NCBI GenBank assembly: GCA_030753015.1 | Contig: JASMDC010000040.1 | Coordinates: 3,239-30,853 of the forward strand | Source of the DNA: Candidatus Undinarchaeales archaeon | GTDB lineage: Archaea > SpSt-1190 > JASMDC01 | DNA: 27,615 nt | Direction: 5' to 3' | Shown: positions 18,067 through 27,216 of the stretch, one piece after another | Layout: each line of letters starts with the position of its first letter | How positions within the stretch are numbered: the stretch's first letter is position 1 | Position numbers and translations under genes: made by a program | Notes under the pieces: generated by a model | Told to the model about the DNA's origin: nothing | What the model saw: the letters and a program-made list of their open reading frames with translations, nothing else | Database searches by the model: none

Positions 18067-18434
18067 CGGTACGCTGCGCAGTCCTTGATGATCCGCTTGT
18101 CGTCCTCGAGGTACGCCTTGTATGCCGGGTAGTTGCCAAAGGCCTGCAGGAGGATGAGCCGGGAACCGACGATAGCGTACACATAGTGGATGCGGTCCTT
18201 CTTTGCACGGAACACCGTGAACCCTCCCACGTGCCGCTCGTACTTGTGCATCTCGTGGTAGTGCAAGTGTGTGCAGTCGAGGATATCGGCCAACACGTCC
18301 TCGTGGTCGGGGACGGCCTTGCGGAACGCCGGAGTGACGACGGCCTCCTCGAGCGACGGCCGGACCGTATTGAAGTGGCTGCTGCAGTTGAGGCAGCGGT
18401 CCGTCTTGTCCGCGCACGGGTTCGGCAGGGGCAT
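18063..18434 (-). CDS. Hypothetical protein with N-terminal Cys cluster and RelE/ParE-like C-terminal part
   Basis: ATG 18434; C-x6-CxxC, then TPAFRK...FRAKKDRIHYVYAI...LILLQAF. The fold assignment is tentative. Confidence 0.55.
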   Translation of the reverse strand: MPLPNPCADKTDRCLNCSSHFNTVRPSLEEAVVTPAFRKAVPDHEDVLADILDCTHLHYHEMHKYERHVGGFTVFRAKKDRIHYVYAIVGSRLILLQAFGNYPAYKAYLEDDKRIIKDCAAYR

Positions 18435-18528
18435 GCCGGTGGTACCGGGCTCCGTCTTTTTATGGTTAGTCCTCGCGGCGCGTCCGCACTGCTCACCCTT
18501 ATATCGTTTGGGGGCTTCAGGACATCCT

Positions 18529-18711
18529 ATGCCCGAGCGATGCACCTACTGTCGGGGGACCGGCAAGTGCCCCAACGACGTGGTCTGGAAGCACCCCGGG
18601 AGAAAGTCGGAGCGCCGGTGCGACGAGAAGCATTGCGAGTTCCGTGTCAGCGCTCGATGCGGCAATCACGGTAAGTGCCCGGAGTGCATGGGCAAGTGCT
18701 GGGTGGGCTGA
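18529..18711 (+). CDS. Small zinc-finger protein (60 aa, DnaJ-like CxxCxG motifs)
   Basis: MPERCTYCRGTGKC...GKCPECMGKC; CTTATAT about 25 nt upstream (leaderless). Confidence 0.65.
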   Translation: MPERCTYCRGTGKCPNDVVWKHPGRKSERRCDEKHCEFRVSARCGNHGKCPECMGKCWVG

Positions 18712-18759
18712 GGCGCACCTAGGGAACGTTTTTATACCGACGGCCCCCGCTGGGACCGT

Positions 18760-19842
18760 ATGGACGGTGGCTACGAGGACATATCTGCACTCGATCCCTT
18801 CGTCCTATCTTCATTGCGTGATGCGGTCGACAAGGGCGAGCTGGACCGGATGCCTGACGGGTACCGCACCCTTGGCGGGGGCATCAGCGGCGCCCTCACG
18901 GGACTCCTCTCATTTCCCGACGGCTCGAGCGCGTTCTTCAAGTACGGCGAACGGCAGGATGACGCTATATCCGTGGTCAACGACCCATATCAGCGGACGC
19001 TCATGGACGCTCATGGCAACCTGGACTGGTGCTCGTACGCGCCCGACCTCACGCCGCCGGTCAACTGCGTGCGCGACGATGCCGGGGCCGGGAAGGCCCT
19101 CTTCGTCCGCGAGGACGTGACCGCGCCGACCTTGCGCGACCTCACCTACCAGGACGCCGATGCGGCCGTGGAGGGCTACGGAGCGCTGATGGACGGCGTA
19201 TGCGCTATGTACGCGCGGACGCGCGCCCCTAGCGACGGCATGTCGTACCTTGCGGATGCACGCTACATCCTCGAGCTCGCCCGGGAGAAGGACCCCGCGG
19301 TGGCAGCCCTCCTCGAGAAGGACACCATCACGATCAACGACGAAAAGGTCGTCAACCCCCTGCACGCCCTCGACGCCCTCGAGTCTCACGCGGACCTGCT
19401 CACGGCCCCGTTCTCGACGTGGACCCACGGCGACTTCCACGGCGGCAACCTCACCTACGATCCCCTGGCCGGGAAGGCGGGCGCCATCGACTTCGAGTGG
19501 TCGAAGGTCGGCGACTACGCTAACGACGGCGGTACCTTCCAGGCGTTCACATCACTTGCCCTCATCGACATGTCGTCGGTGACGGTCACCGATGACGGGC
19601 TGAGCTACGGTACCGTGGAAAGCGACGTCGTTGACCGCGTGTGCGGCAAGGTCCATGAGCGGTTCTCTACCTTCGCCCGGGAGAACGGCGACACAACCTA
19701 CGACGACCGGCAGCTTTTGGTCCAGGCGTCCAAGGACATCGTGCTCGCAGGCGCCCACCCCGACCGGAAGATCGGTCTTGCGGGCTTCGGTGAGGGGATA
19801 AGGAAGCTGGACGAGCTCTACCGGCGGATGGAGCGGGCGTAG
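18760..19842 (+). CDS. Aminoglycoside phosphotransferase / choline kinase-like protein
   Basis: LGGGISG, FFK, THGDFHGGN, IDFEW; TTTTTATA upstream. Confidence 0.8.
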   Translation: MDGGYEDISALDPFVLSSLRDAVDKGELDRMPDGYRTLGGGISGALTGLLSFPDGSSAFFKYGERQDDAISVVNDPYQRTLMDAHGNLDWCSYAPDLTPPVNCVRDDAGAGKALFVREDVTAPTLRDLTYQDADAAVEGYGALMDGVCAMYARTRAPSDGMSYLADARYILELAREKDPAVAALLEKDTITINDEKVVNPLHALDALESHADLLTAPFSTWTHGDFHGGNLTYDPLAGKAGAIDFEWSKVGDYANDGGTFQAFTSLALIDMSSVTVTDDGLSYGTVESDVVDRVCGKVHERFSTFARENGDTTYDDRQLLVQASKDIVLAGAHPDRKIGLAGFGEGIRKLDELYRRMERA

Positions 19843-19848
19843 CGCCTG

Positions 19849-21075
19849 TTACAACGCGTTCTCCAGCGCCCGTGCGATGCTTTGAGCGGCCAGCACGCCC
19901 GACGAGAAGGCGAACTGCAGATTATACCCGCCCGTATCGCCGTCCACGTCCACCACCTCGCCCGCGAAGTACAGGCCGGGGACCTTCCTCGATCCCATGG
20001 TATTAGGAGCTATCTCGCGGGCGGACACACCGCCCCGTGTGACCATGGCCTCGTCGTACCCGCCGAGCCGCTCCACCTCGAATGGCAGCCCTGTGAGGTG
20101 CTCCACCAACCGTCGCCGTGTCCGCTTGTCGAGCTGGGACGCTTTGAGCTCCCGGGGGATCCCCAGGATATCCAGCACCTGTGTGAGGAGCCGTTCAGGC
20201 ACGTCGTACCGGGCGAGCACGTTCCTCAGCGACCGCTTCCCCTGGGCCGCGAGCTCGACGACCAGCTCACGCTCGAACGCCTGTGCGTCCCGGTCCACCA
20301 GCGCCACCCTGATCACGTCACCAGGGCGGACGTGCCGGCTCAGGTCCAGAATGCCCGGTCCCGACAGTCCCTTGTGGGTGAGGAGAAGGTCGCCGCGTGA
20401 TCCGTGGACCTTCTTCCCATCATGGAGGATGGTGGCCCTTACATCGCACAACGAGATGCCCGCGCAGTTGCCGAACAGGTACCCCTTGACGATCACCGGA
20501 GTGAGAGCAGGTGCCGGTGCCACGATTGTGTGGCCGAGCGTCCTGGCGAGCGCGTATCCGTCGCCTGTGGAGCCGGTGCCGGGGTACGACCTGCCGCCGG
20601 TAGCGATGACGACCGCTCTCGCACGATAGCGACCCTTCGCCGTCCGCACCTCCAGGCCGGGGCTCACATCATTCACGGGCTCGCCGTAACGCACGGTCAC
20701 TCCCTTCGCCCGACACCAGTCGAGCAGGGCGCGCAGGACGTCGTGTGCGTCCCCTTTGGCGGGGAAGACCTTACCGCCCGCCTCGACCACCGTCCACAGT
20801 CCCCTCCCCTCGATGAAGGCGACCAGGTCGTCGTTGGTGAAGGCCAAGAGCGCCGGCTTGACGAACCGCGCCTTGTCCCCGTACCGGTCCAGGAGGTCAT
20901 CTACGGGCCCGTCATGGGTGAGGTTGCACCTGCCGGCACCCGTCAGCAGCAGCTTCCGCCCGGCCTTGGCGTTCTTCTCGAGGACGAGGGTGCGCAGACC
21001 CTCCCTGCCGCAGTGTGCCGCACACAGGAGGCCTGCTGGCCCCGCGCCGATGATGATGACGTCGTACGGTCCCAT
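19849..21075 (-). CDS. HI0933/YhiN-family flavoprotein
   Basis: IIGAGPAG, GRKLLLTGAGRCNLT, ATGG.SYP.TGSTGDGY, THKGLSGP, VTRGGV, GEVVDVDGDTGGYNLQ. Confidence 0.92.
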   Translation of the reverse strand: MGPYDVIIIGAGPAGLLCAAHCGREGLRTLVLEKNAKAGRKLLLTGAGRCNLTHDGPVDDLLDRYGDKARFVKPALLAFTNDDLVAFIEGRGLWTVVEAGGKVFPAKGDAHDVLRALLDWCRAKGVTVRYGEPVNDVSPGLEVRTAKGRYRARAVVIATGGRSYPGTGSTGDGYALARTLGHTIVAPAPALTPVIVKGYLFGNCAGISLCDVRATILHDGKKVHGSRGDLLLTHKGLSGPGILDLSRHVRPGDVIRVALVDRDAQAFERELVVELAAQGKRSLRNVLARYDVPERLLTQVLDILGIPRELKASQLDKRTRRRLVEHLTGLPFEVERLGGYDEAMVTRGGVSAREIAPNTMGSRKVPGLYFAGEVVDVDGDTGGYNLQFAFSSGVLAAQSIARALENAL

Positions 21076-21182
21076 GGATCCTCCGGGATGGTCGTTACTG
21101 GTCGCTATGGTTTCTTATCCTTTACCGGCGCGCGGCCCTGACATAACGTTTTTATCTTATCCTTGACTGGAGGTCGTCCAGG

Positions 21183-21656
21183 ATGTACCAGAAACTGCAG
21201 ATCGTGGCACTGGCCATCGCCTTCCTGCTGCTGCTCATCTTCCCGTTCGGCGGCGCCTACTACAGGGGAGGGTCCTCCTACCGCACACGCTCCAGCTACA
21301 GCTCGGACACCGGCCGGTACACTCCTGTGTACAGCAAGAGCACCACCCACGAGTACGAGTACGTGCGCCTGGGCAACAGCCTGATCGACAGCATCATGAT
21401 CCTCATGGGTCTGGGCGCTCTAGGGTACGCGCTGAAGGCTTCCTATGACGGTCTCAGCGGTGATGCGGAGGAGAACGCAGGTCGGGCTAACAACGGCGCG
21501 ACTTTCGCCGTCGTCCTGTCGGTCGTGGGCGCGATCATGTTCAGCATCAGCTACGGCGACGCCACGACGTCGTGGTTCGATGCCGGTTTCTACGGGACGT
21601 TCTTCGGCGGGCTCACCGCCATCTTCGCTGGGAAGCAGGTGCTCACCGGCGCGTAG
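21183..21656 (+). CDS. Membrane protein (4 TM)
   Basis: Four hydrophobic segments; GGAGG upstream. Confidence 0.75.
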   Translation: MYQKLQIVALAIAFLLLLIFPFGGAYYRGGSSYRTRSSYSSDTGRYTPVYSKSTTHEYEYVRLGNSLIDSIMILMGLGALGYALKASYDGLSGDAEENAGRANNGATFAVVLSVVGAIMFSISYGDATTSWFDAGFYGTFFGGLTAIFAGKQVLTGA

Positions 21657-21668
21657 CGGCGACCGACC

Positions 21669-22136
21669 ATGGACGAGCCCTTCACGAACCCTTCGCTCAT
21701 CGCCCCCTGCGGTATGGACTGCGGTGTGTGCTCGGGCTACCTGGCCAAGGTGCACGATGTGAAGGCCAAGGGCGTGAGCATGACATACTGCACCGGCTGT
21801 CGTCCGCGGGGCAAGATGTGCGCGTTCCTCAAGAAGCGGTGCGAACTTCTCGCCAACGAGAAGGTCCGCTACTGTTTCGAGTGCGACACCTTTCCGTGCG
21901 AGAACCTAAAGCGCCTGGACCGACGGTACCGCACGCACTACCACATGAGTTTTATTCGGAACCTCGAGCGCATCAGGGACGATGGGATCGACGCTTTTCT
22001 GGCCAGGGAGCGGGAAAAGTGGAAGTGCCCCGACTGCGGTAGTGTAATCTGCTGCCACAACGGCATCTGTTTCGACTGCGGGCTCGACAGACTGAAGGAC
22101 AGGAAGAAGCTGTACCGATGGGACGGGGACGAGTAG
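21669..22136 (+). CDS. DUF3795-type Cys-rich protein
   Basis: IAPCGMDCGVC, CTGCR, YCFEC..FPC, WKCPDCG..ICCH. Confidence 0.8.
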   Translation: MDEPFTNPSLIAPCGMDCGVCSGYLAKVHDVKAKGVSMTYCTGCRPRGKMCAFLKKRCELLANEKVRYCFECDTFPCENLKRLDRRYRTHYHMSFIRNLERIRDDGIDAFLAREREKWKCPDCGSVICCHNGICFDCGLDRLKDRKKLYRWDGDE

Positions 22137-22289
22137 GTCACATCGGATGTCGGGACGGATAACTGTAGTTAGTTAATTCACAAAATTGAGTTATTCGATT
22201 CCGCGACCGAGGTCCGGGGCGAGTGAGGTACTCCTCCCGGTTGTCACGAAATCTTTTCACCCCCGGGGACCATCTGGTATGATGGCCCC

Positions 22290-22361
22290 CCGGGGATGAT
22301 GAATGGATTCTGGTGGTAGGGGAGGTAACTCCCCGATGACCGGACCAAACTACTGACCCGG
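22290..22361 (+). ncRNA. Box C/D sRNA candidate
   Basis: Terminal stem CCGGG/CCCGG; C box ATGATGA 22296-22302; D box CTGA 22353-22356; C'-like CGATGA; no canonical D' box. Confidence 0.5.
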
Positions 22362-22415
22362 TGGGGCCACCAACCCTTTTATTCCTTGACCTCCTCGCCA
22401 AGGGCGGGGACGACC

Positions 22416-23876
22416 ATGGGGACGACACGCATCGTCATCGTCGGTGGCGGCATCGTCGGCTGCGCCATCGCTCGCGAGCTATCCCGCTACCAGGACCTGG
22501 ACATCACGGTGCTCGAGCGGGAGGCGGAGATCGGGATGGGTGTGAGCAAGGCCAACACCGCTATCATCCACGCCGGGTTCGACGACGATCCCGACAAGGC
22601 ACCGGTCAAGGCCGCCCTGTGCGTTCGCGGCAACGAGCTGTGGCACACTCTGGTCAAGGTGCTTGAGATACCCTGCGTGTGGCCCGGCTCGCTCGTGGTC
22701 GCTACGGACGACGACCAGCTCCCCACCGTGGAAGCGTTGCTGGCCCGCGCCGAGCGCAATAACGTCCCCGGCTGTGAACTATGGGACTCCGACCTGCTGC
22801 GCACGAAGGAACCGTCGCTGGCGGAAGGCGCCCGTCTGGCGTTGTTCGCCCCTACAGCGGGAGTGATATCGCCCTTCGACGCCGTGTTCGCCCTGATGGA
22901 GAACGCGCGTGCCAACGGCGCCCGCCTGGTCACCGGCGCCGAGGTAACCGCCGTCCGGTTCGGCAAGGAGAATGAGGTCGATACAACTACCGGGACGTTC
23001 GGATTCGATGTCCTCATCAACGCCGCGGGGCTGCATGCCGACACAGTGTCGCACCTGGCCGGGATCACCGACTTCACCATCGGCGCCCGTAAGGGCGAGT
23101 ACCTCCTGTTCGACAAGGCACTGGGCCCGCTCACCAACCATATAGTGTTCCCTGCGCCCTCCAAGATGGGCAAGGGCATCCTCGTCACGTTCACTGCAGA
23201 AGGCCACACTATGATCGGACCCAATGCACAGGACATCCCCGACAAGGACGACTTCGCCACCACGGTCATGGGCATCGACGAGGTCTACAACGGCGCTAGG
23301 AAGCTGGTGCCCAAGCTCTATCCGCGTGGCCAGTGCATCCGCACCTTCGCCGGGGTCCGGCCCGAGCCGTCGACCGGTGACTTCATCATCAAGTCGTACA
23401 ACGGGCTTCCCGGCTTCATCAACGCCGCGGGCATCCGCTCACCGGGCCTTGCGTCCGCACCGGCCATCGCAGAGAGAGTGGCCTCGCTCCTTTTAGACCA
23501 GGGCGTCGAGCTCAATCCTTCTGCCGATTTCCGGCCGGAAAGGAAGGCCATCCCGCGCTTTACCGAGATGAACGCTGCCGAGCGTGACGCCGCCATCAAA
23601 GAGGACCCCGCCTACGGCCGCGTGGTGTGCCGGTGCGAGACGGTGACCGAGGCCGAGGTGGTCGAGGCCATCCGCCGCGGCGCCACCACCATCGACGGCG
23701 TGAAGCTGCGCACACGCGCGGGGATGGGCCGTTGCCAGTCGGGCTTCTGCTCGTTCCGTGTGCTCGACATCCTGGCCCGTGAGCTGGGCGTCGACCGCAC
23801 CTCGATCACGAAACGCGGTAGCGGCTCGCGCATGACAATAGGCGGCACCAAGGACCTGCGGAGGGGTGACCGGTGA
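22416..23876 (+). CDS. GlpA-like FAD-dependent oxidoreductase with C-terminal BFD-like [2Fe-2S] domain (probable glycerol-3-phosphate dehydrogenase)
   Basis: IVGGGIVG, SKANTAIIHAG, RKGEY, GIRSPGL, VCRCE.VTE.E, RTRAGMGRCQ.GFC. ATG 22416. Confidence 0.85.
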   Translation: MGTTRIVIVGGGIVGCAIARELSRYQDLDITVLEREAEIGMGVSKANTAIIHAGFDDDPDKAPVKAALCVRGNELWHTLVKVLEIPCVWPGSLVVATDDDQLPTVEALLARAERNNVPGCELWDSDLLRTKEPSLAEGARLALFAPTAGVISPFDAVFALMENARANGARLVTGAEVTAVRFGKENEVDTTTGTFGFDVLINAAGLHADTVSHLAGITDFTIGARKGEYLLFDKALGPLTNHIVFPAPSKMGKGILVTFTAEGHTMIGPNAQDIPDKDDFATTVMGIDEVYNGARKLVPKLYPRGQCIRTFAGVRPEPSTGDFIIKSYNGLPGFINAAGIRSPGLASAPAIAERVASLLLDQGVELNPSADFRPERKAIPRFTEMNAAERDAAIKEDPAYGRVVCRCETVTEAEVVEAIRRGATTIDGVKLRTRAGMGRCQSGFCSFRVLDILARELGVDRTSITKRGSGSRMTIGGTKDLRRGDR

Positions 23877-25129
23877 TCGAGCGCGAGGTGGACGCGGTGG
23901 TCATCGGGGCCGGTCCCGCCGGGCTCGCCGCTGCTTGCGCCATGAAGGAACAGGGTGTCGATCCGGTCATCCTGGAGCGCGACCACATCCTGGGTGGCAT
24001 CCTCCCCCAGTGCATCCACCCGGGATTCGGGCTCATCCATTTCAAGGAGGAGCTGACCGGTCCCGAGTTCGTGCAAAGGTTCATCGACCGTGCCAACGAG
24101 CTCGAGGTGGAACGCATGCTCGACACAATGGTGCTGGACCTGACACGCATGGACGACGGCCGCATCCGCGTCACTACCGTGAACCCCGCCATGGGCGAGG
24201 TGGCGCTGACGGCAAAGGCCGTGGTACTTGGCATGGGCTGCCGCGAGCGTACCCGGCACAACATAACCATCCCCGGGACCAGGCCTGCAGGCGTGTACAC
24301 TGCGGGCACCGCCCAGCGCCTCATCAACGTGGAGGGGCTGATGCCCGGGAAGGAGGTCGTGGTGCTCGGCTCGGGCGACATCGGCCTCATCATGGCCCGG
24401 CGGTTCACGCTGGAGGGCGCGAAGGTGAAGATGGTGTGCGAGATCCAGCCCTACCTGTGCGGGCTGACCCGCAACCGCGTCCAGTGCCTGGTGGACTACG
24501 ACATCCCGCTGCACCTGGGGACGACGATCATCGACGTCCACGGCCGCGACCGGGTCGAGGGGGTGACAATCGCCGAGGTGGGCCCCGGCTGGAAACCCGT
24601 TGCAGGAACCGAGCAGTACGTGCCCTGCGACTGCGTGGTGGTATCGGTGGGGCTCGTCCCGGAGAACGAGCTTAGCAACAGGCTCGGGATCGAGATGGAC
24701 CCACTTACAACGGGACCGCGGGTGACCGAGGACATGGCCACGAGCGTACCGGGGGTGTATGCTGCGGGCAACGTGCTCCTGGTAAACGACCTTGTGGACT
24801 ATGTGACAGCCCAGGCCATCACTGCCGGCGAGGCCGCAGCAAGGTACGTCAGGGAGGGCGCTCCTGCGGGGAAGGTCACCGAGGTGGCGTGCGGCTCCGG
24901 CTGCCGTCTCATCGTACCCCAGCGGGTGACGAGGGAGAAGGACGTGACGTTCCTCCTTCGTGTTACCGAGCCCATGGAGGACGCCGTGCTGCGGGTCCCG
25001 GAGCTGGGCAAGGAAAAGAAGCTGGGACGTGCGGTGCCCGGCGAGATGGAGAAGCTAAGGCTGAAGAGATCGGACCTGGAGAAGGCAGGCGGGACCATCA
25101 CCATCGTGGTGGAGGAGCGGGGTGAGTAG
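23873..25129 (+). CDS. FAD/NAD(P)-dependent oxidoreductase, partner of the GlpA-like subunit
   Basis: IGAGPAG, GGILPQCIH.GFG, ELTGPE, MGCRER, GSGDIGLIMARR, GNVL.V.DLVD. GTGA overlap. Confidence 0.88.
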   Translation: MIEREVDAVVIGAGPAGLAAACAMKEQGVDPVILERDHILGGILPQCIHPGFGLIHFKEELTGPEFVQRFIDRANELEVERMLDTMVLDLTRMDDGRIRVTTVNPAMGEVALTAKAVVLGMGCRERTRHNITIPGTRPAGVYTAGTAQRLINVEGLMPGKEVVVLGSGDIGLIMARRFTLEGAKVKMVCEIQPYLCGLTRNRVQCLVDYDIPLHLGTTIIDVHGRDRVEGVTIAEVGPGWKPVAGTEQYVPCDCVVVSVGLVPENELSNRLGIEMDPLTTGPRVTEDMATSVPGVYAAGNVLLVNDLVDYVTAQAITAGEAAARYVREGAPAGKVTEVACGSGCRLIVPQRVTREKDVTFLLRVTEPMEDAVLRVPELGKEKKLGRAVPGEMEKLRLKRSDLEKAGGTITIVVEERGE

Positions 25130-25499
25130 CATGGAAGAGAAGGAGTTCATCTGCATCGTGTGCCCCAAAGGCTGCAACATCACTGTCGCCATGGAGGGCG
25201 AACATGTTACCGAGGTCAAGGACTCCAGCTGTCCGCGGGGCGAGAAGTACGCCACTGACGAGGCTACAGATCCGAAACGGCTGGTGTTCTCGACAGTGCA
25301 GCTGGAGGGCGGACCGACGCGGATGCTGCCGGTGCGGACCCGCGAGTCCGTGCCCCGGGGCAAGGTTACAGCGATCATGCAGAAGCTGGCTGCGATCGTG
25401 GTCGACGCGCCGGTCACCATGGGCGACATAATCCTCGACGACGTGTGCGGTACCGGCACCGACGTGGTTGCCAGCTGGAGCGTGGAGAAGAGGTCGTGA
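25122..25499 (+). CDS. DUF1667 CxxC metal-binding protein, third subunit of the triad
   Basis: CIVCPKGC, CPRG.KYA..E...P.R, LPVRT. Start is GTG 25122 or ATG 25131. Confidence 0.85.
   Translation: MSSMEEKEFICIVCPKGCNITVAMEGEHVTEVKDSSCPRGEKYATDEATDPKRLVFSTVQLEGGPTRMLPVRTRESVPRGKVTAIMQKLAAIVVDAPVTMGDIILDDVCGTGTDVVASWSVEKRS
25455..25499 (+). repeat. Left copy of the duplicated DUF1667 3' end
   Basis: GGC ACC GAC GTG GTT GCC AGC TGG AGC GTG GAG AAG AGG TCG TGA = GTDVVASWSVEKRS*. Confidence 0.85.
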
Positions 25500-25536
25500 A
25501 CGGATCGTCCTTTCGCACAGGGGATTGTGTCCGTAC

Positions 25537-26043
25537 TTACGGTGCGAGGAGACTTCTGCGCACCTCGATGTAGGTGTCGCTGCGGAGCCGGTACCCCGCC
25601 TGCACGAGGTCGTCGAGGAGTGTTGATGCTTCCTCGGGCTCGAGGGAGCCATCACCACGCGCTGTGACGAGCAATGAGGCGAGAGGGATGACCCTGACAC
25701 TGAGACGAGCACCGAAGATCCTGGCCCGTCTGTCATCGATGATGGCCTCCGCACCAACTCGCAATGCCAGATATATGACCTCGAGCTCGCCCTTCCCGAG
25801 ACGCGGATCGGGCTCGACGGGGAGCTCATCATCAGCGTGTTCCACCCGGACGAACCGTCCCACCTCGTTCTGTATAGCGTCCACCTCCTCCTTTCCGAGA
25901 CGTTGGCCCTCGACCACAACCTCATCGTACACCGCGGAGGGTATGAGCACGTAGGGGTATGATCTCTTGAGGATCCGGAGGATGCCGGGGAGCCGGAACG
26001 CGAAGATCAGCGCGGAACTGTCCATCACGGCGGGACCGGTCAT
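25537..26043 (-). CDS. PIN-domain (VapC/DUF3368-type) toxin
   Basis: VMDSSALI, IPSAVYDEVV, LGKGELEVI.LA, IIDDRRAR. Confidence 0.85.
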   Translation of the reverse strand: MTGPAVMDSSALIFAFRLPGILRILKRSYPYVLIPSAVYDEVVVEGQRLGKEEVDAIQNEVGRFVRVEHADDELPVEPDPRLGKGELEVIYLALRVGAEAIIDDRRARIFGARLSVRVIPLASLLVTARGDGSLEPEEASTLLDDLVQAGYRLRSDTYIEVRRSLLAP

Positions 26044-26045
26044 CC

Positions 26046-26348
26046 CTATGCCCCGCTCGTACGTGAGGCCGCGGCCAAGATGTCATCCGCATCGAGGTCG
26101 AACTCCTGCCGGGATGCGTCCAGGGCGTCGAGGAACTCCCATATGGAAAGACCTGCTATTTCACGCGCCCGGCCCAGCGAGACATCGCCACGCCCGTACA
26201 GATCGAGAGCTAGGCGTTTCCGCCTGATTGCGATCCCCTCACGGAACACCTCGCGGAGCTCGTCGGACAGCGAGCGGGACTCCAGGCTCGCGAGCATCTT
26301 CGTGAGCTTCACAAGCTCGAGAGGGCTGCGAAAGGTGACGAGCTCCAT
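26046..26348 (-). CDS. UPF0175-family antitoxin
   Basis: ALDLYGRGDVSLGRAREIAGLSIWEF; N-terminal RHH-like segment; directly upstream of the PIN gene. Confidence 0.85.
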   Translation of the reverse strand: MELVTFRSPLELVKLTKMLASLESRSLSDELREVFREGIAIRRKRLALDLYGRGDVSLGRAREIAGLSIWEFLDALDASRQEFDLDADDILAAASRTSGA

Positions 26349-26350
26349 AG

Positions 26351-26374
26351 TATAACAATGTATACAATGTTATA
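26351..26374 (-). promoter_or_regulatory. Palindromic operator overlapping the TA promoter
   Basis: TATAACAATGTATACAATGTTATA is a 24-bp palindrome with one mismatched pair, lying between the TATA box and the ATG. Confidence 0.65.
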
Positions 26375-26429
26375 TATCCTTTTCTGAGGGTCGCACCAGA
26401 GCCCAGTGTGTCCATGGACTATGTTATAC

Positions 26430-26474
26430 GGCACCGACGTCGTCGCGTCGTGGAGCGTGGAGAAGCGGTCGTAG
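26430..26474 (+). repeat. Right (displaced) copy of the DUF1667 3' end
   Basis: GGC ACC GAC GTC GTC GCG TCG TGG AGC GTG GAG AAG CGG TCG TAG encodes the same peptide; 9 nucleotide differences, all silent. Confidence 0.85.
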
Positions 26475-26532
26475 GCGCCCCGCGTCCCCCGGGAAAGGAT
26501 TAAATACCGGTCCCCGGGCGAAAGGTCGCAGT

Positions 26533-27216
26533 ATGTACGACGCCGAGTGCGCGTTCTGCGAGGCCCGTGGCATCGAGGATTGGCGTTTTGTCGCCGAGAC
26601 AGAGCACAACTACGTGTTCCCCACCTACGGTATGCTCGACCTCGAGGGGTACATGATCATCACCCCCAAGGACCACACGCCCAGCTACGGCGCGTGGGGA
26701 TCCACGGACGGCCGCGCCGAGTACCACGACCTGATCGACCGCGCCCGGGACGCCATCAGCGACCAGTACGGCACGCAGGCGCTGGTGTTCGAGCACGGCA
26801 TGACGGGCCAGACCATCAAGCACGCCCACACCCATGTGGTACCGGGCCTCGGGTTCAACACGTTCGTGGGCGAGCTGCAGGCAACGCTCCCCTCCGACAC
26901 ATCCTACATCCTCATGGACGAGGCCACTCGTGAGGAGCGTGACGAGCTCCGGCAGCTGGGGCACCAGCAGGGCGGGTACCTCTACGTGGAGAGCGAGGAC
27001 ACTGCTGCCGTGTTCTTCCTGAAGCCGGCCGTCGAGCACAAGCAGATACTGCGCAAGGTCGCAGCGCGCGTGCTGGGCAACGAGGACCTGGCCGATTGGA
27101 AGAAGGTGCAGGCCGACCCCGTGCTCAAGGCACGTGACCTGGCGCTCATCAAGTCGACCACGGCCGATATGCGGCCTTACTTCGAGGACATCAATCAACG
27201 GACGTTCGAGGACTGA
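26533..27216 (+). CDS. HIT-superfamily nucleotide hydrolase
   Basis: CAFC, MIITPKDH, FEHG, HAHTHVVP histidine triad; GGAAAGG-ATTAAATA promoter. Confidence 0.8.
   Translation: MYDAECAFCEARGIEDWRFVAETEHNYVFPTYGMLDLEGYMIITPKDHTPSYGAWGSTDGRAEYHDLIDRARDAISDQYGTQALVFEHGMTGQTIKHAHTHVVPGLGFNTFVGELQATLPSDTSYILMDEATREERDELRQLGHQQGGYLYVESEDTAAVFFLKPAVEHKQILRKVAARVLGNEDLADWKKVQADPVLKARDLALIKSTTADMRPYFEDINQRTFED

Noticed and set aside
21113-21164. TCTTATCCTT direct repeat, 42 bp apart
   Set aside because: It lies in an AT-rich divergent promoter; two copies are too little to call an operator.
22138-22428. 96-aa minus-strand ORF, and riboswitch or ribozyme matches (HDV, hammerhead, fluoride, cobalamin)
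   Set aside because: The ORF has atypical composition, and the required core motifs could not be completed by eye.
22416-25499. GlpA-like triad as a novel system
   Set aside because: It is a widespread three-gene arrangement known from anaerobic bacteria and Thermococcales.
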